Position numbers and translations under genes: made by a program. DNA of 64,000 nucleotides from Chrysomallon squamiferum (taxonomy: Eukaryota > Animalia > Mollusca), in assembly GCA_012295275.1 (NCBI GenBank), contig CM022668.1:682001-746000 (forward strand), written 5' to 3'. Position 1 is the stretch's first letter. Each line of letters opens with the position of its first letter. This document shows, one piece after another, positions 12,930 through 24,349 of the stretch. The notes under the pieces were generated by a model, which had not been told where the DNA came from, did no database searches, and saw only the letters and a list, made by a program, of their open reading frames with translations.

Positions 12930-15900
12930 ATGCAATCAGTGATGTTTGTCCAGACAAAATGGAAGAGTTGTTCAGGTGAAATAGTCTGTGTATTGTTTGT
13001 TGTAGTAGTTTTGTGTGTTGAGAACTTGGATTGTGTCAATGTGTTAGGTTTAGACTACTGCCCAGCTGTAGGAACACAACACTACAAGGGTCTGGAGTGG
13101 AAATTTTGTCAGAAGACTGAGAGACTGCATTGTCAGGAGTCTAGTGATTCCAGCGTTATTTCATTTTGTCACCAGCCACGAGATTGTGCTCCAGGTCAGT
13201 ACTGTGTATCTACTTCTTTTTGTCAAAGTATCGATAATAACAAGTCACTTTAGGTTATGTGACTGACTAACTCAGATGGTGCTGAGAAATATTCGCCTAC
13301 AATAAATTAGTCTGGTTAATTAATTAATTAAAATTCATGAGTTTTAGCAACTTGTTTAGAAATACAATACAGGTTTAGAACTCATAAAATGCTTCATTTT
13401 GATACATAATACATGTATAGTGGACTGAAGGTATAAGACATATTCAGTGTTTATCGTGCAAAATGACAGAAATAAATCACACTTTGTCCAAATAACTGCA
13501 GATTTTATTCTGATAACAATTTGTAACTTTTTTCATATCAATACTATCAAAGAGATTCTGGTGTCATTTTAAAAGTAATTTTTTTGTTCTTTCTAATGAG
13601 GTATAATGTTTGAGGAAATTAATAATTTTGAAAATTTTGTCACGTACCTACATATAAAATAGAGCATACAGAAACAGAATAACCATTTGTCCCTCCTTCA
13701 GACTTCAACAAAAATAACACAAAATATAGTTGCCTAATATGGTAATGGTAGTAGGAAAAAAATGGCACCCGGAAGAAATGACACTGTGCAGATTTGGAAA
13801 AAATGGCACCTTATTTTTTTTTTCTGTATAGTTGCTTTGATAAAAAAAATAAAAGTACTTTTGAAAATACAGTTTATTCAAGAAATAGTGTTACATACAT
13901 GCATATTAATATATAGCATCACTTAGCCACTTGATTTTGCTTAACAAAGTGTACAATATTATATCAGAGTTTAATATTACACATATACACATATATATAC
14001 ACAGAAATGAATGGGTACATATTTACTGACTTTAATTATGCATACCAGTTAATTATGAGATGTTGGATGGTACTGAAGTAAGCTATTTAGGTTAATAATC
14101 AGTATGTTACCGGTATTTTCCAAAACTGTTCCTTAATAGCACAGTAATATAATTTATTATAATAAACAAAACAAACAAAAAATTATACAAGAGGTATAAA
14201 CTAAATTGTGATTTGTGGTTTAATAAGTTAGGATCAATTTTCTAAGTTAAATAAACATAGCAAACAGTATCTCTAACTATCACTGTGAAAACTTTCCATA
14301 GCTTGATCAAGGCCCTATTAGGGTATGGTTAAGGGCCCTACTGTGTGAGATAAAAACAGTTTACTGTCATAACACACACATACACAGATATATGTTTTTA
14401 CTATTTTATTTGCAGGATTGTATGCTAGACTCTATCCAGATAGGACTATTAAGTGTGAATTGTGTCCTGCCGGGTCCTATCAGCCAGTGGGGGGAGCAAC
14501 ATACTCGTTTATCATTCCTGAGTGCAGCCACCGTCACAGGACATGTGAAACGAAGGGCAAAAAGATGTGTAAGGAGGGTACACCTATAGAGGACACAAAG
14601 TGTAGCTGTGACTATCAACAACAGTATGCCCCATCACCAGAAAACTGTCACTGTTTTACCTTCAATGAACCATGCAAGTGCTTAAAAAGTAATTGTGAAG
14701 GGAAACTCAATTCAAGTGAGTTTTATCTTGTAAAACCTGATTATTAAAAATAGGCAAACTCCATGTTGAAGACAAAGTTCTGTACTGGAAAAAGATTTAC
14801 ACTGATATTATTAACCTTTACTGAAATAAAATAATAATGTGTGACACATAAATGTGATGTAATAAATAGTCTAAATACATTTTCTTTTAAATAACTGGCT
14901 TGTTGTATTAAAAACATTTTTATATGTATACATTACTGTTTTATTAATTTCTGTTATCAACTTGAAAATGTTTATAGTTTGATGTTAGTTGTCCAAAAAT
15001 AAATAAATAAAATAAAACCAATTTTAACATGTACTGGTTTTTAAATTTAGTTTTTGTTTATTCAAAGGTTTTCACTGTGTTCTTGATACTACAACAACTG
15101 AAAAAACAGCTGAAAAATCAACAGCAGAGACTGAAAGGTTTGTTGTTGTTTTTTTGTATGTGTGTGTTTATGCATGCATGAATATGTACATATTTTGTTG
15201 TAGATGAAGTGATAGAATTAATGTGTACATTGTTTCTGTAGATATAGGTTTGTATATAGTTTATGTATGTAATGTGTGTTAAGATAGTTAATTTATATAC
15301 AGACATGTGATTAAGATATTGAAAAATACCATTTTCATAGTAAATATTTTAGAATTTGTTGACTGACATTTTTTTCTTCTTTTTCTTCTTCTTCAGGACA
15401 ACCAGAAAGCCATCAGTATCTGGTAATATCAAACTTCTTTACCTTTTGTTATCTCTCTTTTTTATTTTGTATCTGTCTGTCAGTCTGTCTATTGATCTCT
15501 GTTTGTCTGTCTATATATCTATTTGTCTGTGTGCATGTAAACAGACATCATGTTGAATGTTAATAAATGTCAAATGTTTTGTTGGTTGAATGTGTAAGAG
15601 GATTTGACAGAAACTGATGGCACAACTACTAATAACATGAACAATGACTGGATGATGATACATTCTTACTTAAATATATGACATTAATTTTTAGTGTTAT
15701 TAAATATCTTATCGCAAACCCTTGATGACTGTGAGCAGCAGTATCATCTACATGTTTTAAGAAATCAAGGTGTAGGCTAATTCCTGCTCCAACAAGAAAT
15801 ATAAAGCAGATGTGCCTATCTTAGTGAATTCTTTTTATTTTATTTTATTTGTTTTCCACACAACTTGTTATCACCATTGTAGGAAATACCTGAGAGTGTT

Positions 15901-18676
15901 GACTTGAATACATCATAGTCAGTCTTAATGCAAAATGTTAACTCAGTTAATGCAATGTTCATTTCATGTTAACAAAGAAAACTCTACTGACAGATGTATG
16001 CAGTAAATGTGGGAGTTGTTCAAAGTGTTTAATTTGTTGTGAGACTGTTTACAAATAAAATTATTTTAATTACAGAAATGATGGCATGCTTTTGATCAAA
16101 AATATTTTTAAAATATTACCAGTAAACAATGTTTTTCAAAAATAACATCAGCCCCAATGATCACAAATTGGTCAAGACTGGTAAAAAGAGAACATTTTCC
16201 CAGCACTGATATTATAAAATATAGTTACTTTTTTTAATAGTTTGTAATATTTATTAGAAATAGACAAATCACTTTCTTCATGTTCTGCTTTTATGCAAAA
16301 AAACATTCAGTTCTTTTCAGTTCATTTTTTAACAGGAATTTGATAATTACCTTTTTTAATTATTTATTATTTATGTTGAAAACATTTTTCAATTAATATT
16401 TAAATACTTCTTCAATTTTATTTAGAAACAGAAGAAAGAACTAATACTGTTGGTCTGATTGCTGGTATCATCACTGTTATTGTTGTTGCATTTATCACTT
16501 TTGGAGTAATATGTTATAAAAAAGGTAAGAATATCTAACTTCTTAATTAAACATTTATTTTGTAACTAGTCCATTAGATGTGTGCCAAAAATGGCATATC
16601 CTGTAACAAAATGGCTGCTTCTGGTTAGACTTGAGAGCAGGGCAATCTGAATATCTACATAAAGTTCTGATGATTTTGGGTAAAAAAAAGTGCATAAAAT
16701 GTATTATTGGTGAACAAAAATGTGCCTTCAGAATGACATAATTATGATGTTCCAGAGAGACAATGAGCATGCTAAAAAGCAAAGGATGATTAAAATTACT
16801 GCACAAATTGAATACTCAACACTCTCATTTCAGTTAAGATCACTTGAATTTAATTTAAGGTTTCTGCCTGAATCCCTTTGGTACCTTTTCTCAGATCTCA
16901 AAGTTGTTTTTTCAGAAGGTTTAAGAAAAAATGGCCACCTGTGTGAAGTTTGTTTAGATTCAGAGAAACATCACTTACAAAGGTTTTCTTTTCAAACCAG
17001 GTTTGAATGGGTTCAGAAATAAATATTGAATACATGTCTGACAAATATGGATACGAAAGTATCTCATGAATAAAATTGAAGACTGTGATACTCTACACAA
17101 CTGGTTCATTATGGAGTAATACTGCTTGTGTTACTGTTGATGCTGAACATGAAGATTCGGAATAAGTGTAACAAGAGGTTCTTGAAAATATAAGCATTTA
17201 TGCCATCCCCCTCTGTGCCTCTAATGATGGGTCAGCATTGTATATGTAAAAGTGAATGAAACTGCTTGTGTTCTAACATGTAAATGATTGAATAACAGCA
17301 CTGAGATAAGAGATGATCTGAACAGAGGCAGGAAAGAAAGTTGACCTAAGTTCATACATTACAGTGGTGATCATTTGTCCAGATAAATTGTGTCATTCAT
17401 GTCAATTACTGCTGTCAGCAGTGCCACACAAAAATTTGGAAAGCATATTTTGGTTCTTTAATTTCACTTTCCTATCTGCCAGTAATTCATTTATGGCCTC
17501 TGCAGGACTTGGTGGCAGCCATTTTGAATTTATACAAATTTTGTACTTGCAGTTGAAACACTTCCGTCAACACATTTTTAAAATATCAGAGTAGATATAA
17601 TGTAAAAATATTTACTTTTTAAATTTCAGGAGGTTTCAAGAGGATTAAAACATTTTGTGCTAAAAAAGATAAGAAGGATAAAGGTAAGGAAATAAGTAAA
17701 AATTCAGATATTATAACATATCCAGCTGGCATACTGATATTTTGATCTCTGGCACCCAAAAATAAAATCTCGGATCATTTGTCACCATAAATTGTGTGTT
17801 TCATGTCACCTGCATCTTATCTGCTGTCTGCGATGCCACACAAAAATTTTGAAGGAACATTTTTGTTCTTTAATGACACTGTCCTATCTGCCAGTAATAC
17901 ATTTATGGGGTCTAGAGCAGGCTGTTTAAGAGATAATGGTCTCTACAGGACTTGCTGGCAGCCATTTTGAATTTATATAAATAGTGTACTTCCAGTTTAA
18001 TGGCTTCCGTCAGCATGTTTTTTAAATATCAGAATATGCATAATGTTAAAATATTTATGTTTCAAATTTCAGGAGGTTTCAAGACAGACAAAGCATCTGA
18101 TTCTAGAAAAGGTAAGAAGGATAATGGTAAGGAAATAAGTGGAAACTAAAGATGCTGTATTTATGTATATATTGATATTACCATATTATACATTTATATA
18201 TATGAACTGGTGTGTCTCTGAGTGTAAGTCAGTGTTTGACACCAAAAATGTATTTTAGTATAAATATCTTAAAATATAGTGTTGCCATAAAAATTCTCTA
18301 TTAAAAAAATTGTAAAGTATTGTTAATTTGTAACGAAACATTTCTAGGATATTGAAAAAATGTGGATGTTATTTTTCTTTTTTCTTATTTAAGAGGAAAA
18401 TATAATTAACAGTTGTTGTAATTTTGATATTCAGATAAAGAGACAATGATCAACATAGTGAACAGTAGCGGAACACAGTGTGTTCAGATAGGAAACTACT
18501 CACAAATTAGAATTACGGTATCAGAGGAATTTGTTTCTTTGTTCTTCTTTTCTTTTTCTTTTTAGTTGTCTTTTTTAAGTTTGCTTTGGATAGTTTAGCG
18601 ATAATAACTTATTTAATGTTGATTATTATGATAAAAATAATGATAATGACAATTGTACAGATAATTATCAGTGATA

Positions 18677-18710
<34 letters not shown>

Positions 18711-21700
18711 ATGTAAACGATTTATACATAAAAACACACAGATACTACAGATACTACAACTCACTTTTTTCATTGCCTACACATTTACTGATATATTTAC
18801 TAACTTTATAACTGTTTCAAACTTCAGACTTGTGATGGTGACACTAAGGAGCAAACATTATCTGAGGTATTTTAATTCATATTTTACTGTTACTGATACT
18901 TTCCAGTTTACAAATTGTTAAATAATTTGTTGGTAAATAAACATTTACATACCCATACATACACACAGAGAGACACCTATATATCATTATCATAGTTAAA
19001 AATAAATTCAGTTTATACATGCAGGCTTATATTTTTATTTACTTAAATCACTTTAATTTATTTTTCAGCCTTTGCTGTGTGTTGATCATGATAAACAGAC
19101 AAGCACAGTAAGTTTTCAAGTAAGAAAACTCAAAATAGTGTTACCAGATACTCAGAATATTGTTTATGAGTTACATTAAATACTGTTTATCACTTACTCA
19201 AAATGTTATTAATTAATCACTGAAATAGCACTGTCAGTTACTCAAAACAGATACTATCAGGTAATCAATATACTGTTTATTAATTAGTCAAAATACTATT
19301 TGTTAGATAATCAAAATACTTGTTATCAGTTATTCAAGTAATTATTTTTTTATCAGATGTTCTAAATGCTGTTTATCATTACTGAAACCAAAATTTAGTC
19401 ATTACTCAGAATATTATTTAATAGTAAATTACTGAGTTAATAAAAATAGTACTTTATCTATTACATGAAATATTGCTCTGAATACTATTTTTTTAATGTA
19501 CTGCTATTCGATATATTTTTCATGTGCTTATTACTGATTGTAAAAATAATATTTCATATTAATGAGCACTGAAATAGTTTCTGATCTATTACTCAAAATA
19601 CCATGTTATGAGTTCACTCAGAACAGACATCACCGTTTGCTCAAAATCAGTTTCATCTTACATCCATCACAGTTCGAGAGTTACTGACGTATGTTACTCA
19701 GTTGTTATAGTTGTGTGAGTTGTGTGTTACTCAGTTGTTAGAGTTGTATGTGACTCAGTTGTTAGAGTTGTGTGAGTTGTGTGTTACTCATTTGTTAGAG
19801 TTGTATGTTACTCAGTTGTTAGAGTTGTGTGAGTTGTGTGTGACTCAGTTGTTAGAGTTGTGTGAGTTGTGTGTTACTCACTTGTTAGAGTTGTATGTTA
19901 CTCAGTTGTTAGAGTTGTGTGAGTTGTATGTTACTCAGTTGTTAGAGTTGTATGTTACTCAGTTGTTATAGTTGTGTGAGTTGTGTGTTACTCAGGTGTT
20001 AGAGTTGTATGTTACTCAGTTATTAGAGTTGTATGTAACTCAGGTGTTAGAGTTGTATGTAACTCAGGTGTTAGAGTTGTATGTTACTCAGGTGTTAGAG
20101 TTGTATGTAACTCAGTTGTTAGAGTTGTATGTTACTCAGTTGTTAGAGTTGTATGTTACTCAGGTGTTAGATTGTATGTTACTCAGTTGTTAGAGTTGTA
20201 TGTTACTCAGTTATTAGAGTTGTATGTGACTCAGATGTTAGAGTTGTATGTTACTCAGGTGTTAGAGTTGTATGTAACTCAGTTGTTAGAGTTGTATGTT
20301 ACTCAGTTGTTAGAGTTGTATGTTACTCAGGTGTTAGATTGTATGTTACTCAGTTGTTAGAGTTGTATGTTACTCAGTTATTAGAGTTGTATGTGACTCA
20401 GATGTTAGAGTTGTATGTTACTCAGTTGTTAGAGTTGTGTGTAACTCAGGTGTTAGAGTTGTAAGTTACTCAGTTATTAGAGTTGTATGTAACTCAGGTG
20501 TTAGAGTTGTATGTAACTCAGGTGTTAGAGTTGTATGTTACTCAGGTGTTAGAGTTGTATGTTACTCAGTTATTAGAGTTGTATGTAACTCAGGTGTTAG
20601 AGTTGTATGTTACTCAGTTGTTAGAGTTGTATGTAACTCAGTTTTTAGAGTTGTATGTTACTCAGTTGTTAGAGTTGTATGTTACTCAGGTGTTAGATTG
20701 TATGTGACTCAGTTGTTAGAGTTGTATGTTACTCAGTTATTAGAGTTGTATGTAACTCAGGTGTTAGAGTTGTATGTTACTCAGTTATTAGAGTTGTATG
20801 TAACTCAGGTGTTAGAGTTGTATGTAACTCAGTTGTTAGAGTTGTATGTTACTCAGGTGTTAGAGTTGTATGTAACTCAGTTGTTAGATTGTATGTTACT
20901 CAGGTGTTAGAGTTGTATGTTACTCAGTTATTAGAGTTGTATGTAACTCAGGTGTTTGAGTTGTATGTTACTCAGTTATTAGAGTTGTATGTTACTCAGT
21001 TATTAGAGTTGTATGTTACTCAGTTGTTAGAGTTGTATGTGACTCAGTTGTTAGAGTTGTATGTTACTCAGTTGTTAGAGTTGTATGTTACACAGGTGTT
21101 AGAGTTGTATGTAACTCAGTTGTTAGAGTTGTATGTTACTCAGTTGTTAGAGTTGTATGTTACACAGGTGTTAGAGTTGTATGTAACTCAGGTGTTAGAG
21201 TTGTATGTTACTCAGTTATTAGAGTTGTATGTGACTCAGTTGTTAGAGTTGTATGTGACTCAGTTGTTAGAGTTGTATGTGACTCAGTTGTTAGAGTTGT
21301 ATGTTACTCAGTTGTTAGAGTTGTATGTGACTCAGTTGTTAGAGTTGTATGTGACTCAGTTGTTAGAGTTGTATGTTACTCAGTTGTTAGAGTTGTATGT
21401 TAGAGTTATGTTACTCAGTTGTTAGAGTTGTATGTTACTCAGTTGTTAGAGTTGTATGTGACTCAGTTGTTAGAGTTGTATGTGACTCAGTTGTTAGAGT
21501 TGTATGTGACTCAGTTGTTAGAGTTGTATGTGACTCAGTTGTTAGAGTTGTATGTGACTCAGTTGTTAGAGTTGTATGTTAGACAGGTGTTAGAGTTGTA
21601 TGTTACTCAGTTGTTAGAGTTGTATGTTAGACAGGTGTTAGAGTTGTATGTTAGACAGGTGTTAGAGTTGTATGTTAGACAGGTGTTAGAGTTGTATGTT

Positions 21701-22354
21701 AGACAGGTGTCAGAGTTGTATGTTAGACAGGTATTAGAGTTGTATGTTAGACAGGTGTTAGAGTTGTATGTTACTCAGTTGTTGGAGTTGTATGTGACTC
21801 AGTTGTTAACATTGCCTATGACTTCCAAAACATGGGCAGTCTGAGTGAAGTCAAATTACAGGGATGATGACTATCAATATCCAGCAACATACTGCACTTT
21901 GAGGATCACAAAGTAACAATAAACTCATCGCATTAATTTTGTGGTATGACAGCAATTGTTTCATTTTGACTGCAGACAACAACAAAGAGGCATAAACAAC
22001 ACAGCCTAGAAATATATGTTCTGATTTGTAAAGTTAATTTTAGAACTATTTATCCATGTTTTCCATCGATTACTGGTATACATACACACATATACATGCC
22101 TAACATTTCTAGAAACACAGGTGCCATAGATACAAATATAAATTGACCAGGTTATCACACATTGAAAACACCCAGATATTACAGATACTATAACTCACTA
22201 CATGTTTACTGATATATTTACTAACTTTATAACTGTTTTAAACTTCAGACTTATTGTGAAGCTGATGAGCAAACATTATTAAAGGTATTTTGAATTATAT
22301 TTTATTGTCACTGATACTTTCCAGTTTACAAATTATTAAATAATTTTTAGTAAA

Positions 22355-22408
<54 letters not shown>

Positions 22409-23088
22409 AACACTGGCAAAGAAACATAAACAATTAACACAATCAAGAAATATTTTTTCTTATTTGTAAAATTCATTTTAGAACTAGATACCCATTTTTT
22501 CCACCTTTTACCAGTATACATACACACATACACATACATAACGTTTCTAAAAACACAGGTGTCATAGATACACAAATAAACTGACCAGGTTTTCACACAT
22601 AAAAAACACAGATACTACAGATACTATAACTCACTACATGTTTACTGATATAGTTACTAATTTTATAACTGTTTCAAACTTCAGACTTGTGATGGTGACA
22701 TAAAGGAGCAAACATCATTAAAGGTATATTAATTTATATTTTATTTTCACTGATACTTAGCAGTTTACAAATTGATAAATATTTTTTCTAAACACACACA
22801 CACACACACACACCAATATAGCATTATTATAAATAAAAATTAATTCAGTTTATATGTAATATGGACACACACAAACACACACACACACACACACCAATAT
22901 AGCATTATTGTAAATAAAAATTAATTCAGTTTATATGTAATATGGACACACAAACACAATGATTAAATATACATACATTCATACATGTCAGTTAATTAGA
23001 TTTTTAAATTTTGTTTAGTGTCTGCCACATGAACTTAATAACATAATTTCAGGTTCCTACATTTGGAGAAAATGCAGTTATTACTTGA
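12930..23088 (+). CDS. TNF-receptor-superfamily type I membrane protein, copy 2 (~379 aa): CRDs, TM helix, cytoplasmic RHIM, no death domain
   Basis: Hand-spliced exons: 12930-13194 (start uncertain: 12930, 12942, or acceptor at 12953), 14416-14715, 15068-15137, 15397-15422, 16426-16524, 17630-17683, 18073-18126, 18435-18517, 18828-18866, 19069-19107, 22249-22284, 22685-22723, 23053-23088. All introns are GT-AG with compatible phases; the total is 1140 nt and open. Hydrophobic N-terminus IVCVLFVVVVLC; TNFR-type CRD CELCPAGSYQP...C..HRTC..EGT...DTKC; Thr-rich stalk; TM VGLIAGIITVIVVAFITFGVICY followed by KK. Confidence 0.85.
14416..14715 (+). CDS. Cysteine-rich domain exon of TNFR copy 2
   Basis: Matches ORF 14418-14747. 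Phase 1-1 exon (TGCAG|GA ... TCAA|GTGAG) with the TNFR CRD cysteine spacing. Confidence 0.9.
16426..16524 (+). CDS. Transmembrane exon of TNFR copy 2
   Basis: TTTAG|AAACA ... AAAG|GTAAG; encodes ETEERTNTVGLIAGIITVIVVAFITFGVICYKK. Confidence 0.88.
16560..17625. mobile_element. Probable decayed DNA-transposon sequence in a TNFR intron
   Basis: Higher-complexity, broken coding-like sequence (ORF 16720-17022) with inverted motifs CAAAATGGCTGC (~16607) and GCAGCCATTTTG (~17515). No intact transposase is visible. Confidence 0.3.
18435..18517 (+). CDS. RHIM-encoding exon of TNFR copy 2
   Basis: TTCAG|AT ... ACG|GTATC; encodes DKETMINIVNSSGTQCVQIGNYSQIRIT, with the VQIG core at 18482-18493. Confidence 0.8.
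19688..21810. repeat. 24-bp intronic minisatellite (GTTAGAGTTGTATGTKACTCAGKT), ~2.1 kb
   Basis: Direct tandem units. Because the period is a multiple of 3, it produces the YVTQLLEL artefact ORFs. Confidence 0.97.
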
Positions 23089-24304
23089 GGCTTTGAGTAT
23101 AGGATTAGTTATTCTATTATACTATATTTCCTCATCAAATGAGAAGTTATAAAATGATGAAAAGTCGCCAAGCAGAAAGTTATGAACGTCTCAAGAGAAC
23201 TTGTTAAATGAAACACTGTGAAACAGAAAGTCATCAGTGTCTCATTCAGCATCTGACAAAACATCATCAACCAAAGTCGTGTTTTTCTTGTTCAATGGAT
23301 TGGATCTTAAATTAACTTTCTATGAAATCCAAATGAAATTCCCTGTCAAATCCAAATGATTTTTTTTTTTTTTCCCACAGCACCAAATTTTTCAATCAGA
23401 CCAGTTATTATTTTAACATTTTTTGCCAAAATGGGTGAACCCTCATATCATATTGATAAAGGATACCAAATCTGCCATTTTTGTTTAGCTTGGAAATATT
23501 GGTCCTTTTGACCCTGAGTGACACACCACACTTGAGATGACCTTTATTGAAATTTAATCCCAAGTTGATTTTTTCCTGGGTGTAATATTTTTTGTTTAGC
23601 CACAATATTTTAAAAATGCACATACATAAATAACATTTTCACATCTGAATAAAAAATGATCATTCAGGTGAGCATTGTACAATCCATGCAGGTATGCATT
23701 TTTTAAAATTATTCATGTTATACCCATTTTATATGTGAACATGCATACATATGCAAATGTCTTACTTTGATCAAGAGAGATTTTCCTAGCATCCAGAATT
23801 TTTTTTAAATGAGAAAATGAATTTCACATCAGACATAAGGGGAAATAAATCTGTAAGGTGTAAACATCAGTTACATTTGTTATCAGATGTAGTAATGTGT
23901 ACTAATATAAAAGATTTTTATAAAGTCCTTGTGTAATTCTTTTTTTTTCATAACTCGTGATCTATGTATGCTAGAATTAATTTGTTAAAAGAATAAGAGA
24001 AAATTGAGATTTTTAATTTCAACATTGTTGTATATAAATGGTGCTATGGTTAACATTGTTACAGTTTACAATGTTTAGGGGAACCGGAATAAGGGAGATA
24101 ATATTATATGACGTCACCGGGTGCATGCGTTAGTTTTTGTTCGTAACCATTTTTTAAACGTTTGAAAACTGAAAACTGAAATGAACTTTATGTTTTAATG
24201 TTAAAACATAACAAACATGACTACTGCATTATGGGTACAAATCAAGAAATTCAAGCTGCTTTTTCAGACCCCTTCCATCTGAAATTATCGAAGATTGACG
24301 CGCG

Positions 24305-24349
<45 letters not shown>

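Noticed and set aside
19711-21844. Long ORFs of YVTQLLEL / VVCYSVVR repeats (also 4241-4612)
   Set aside because: They are translations of a 24-bp satellite, open in several frames, lying inside an intron with no supporting splice structure.
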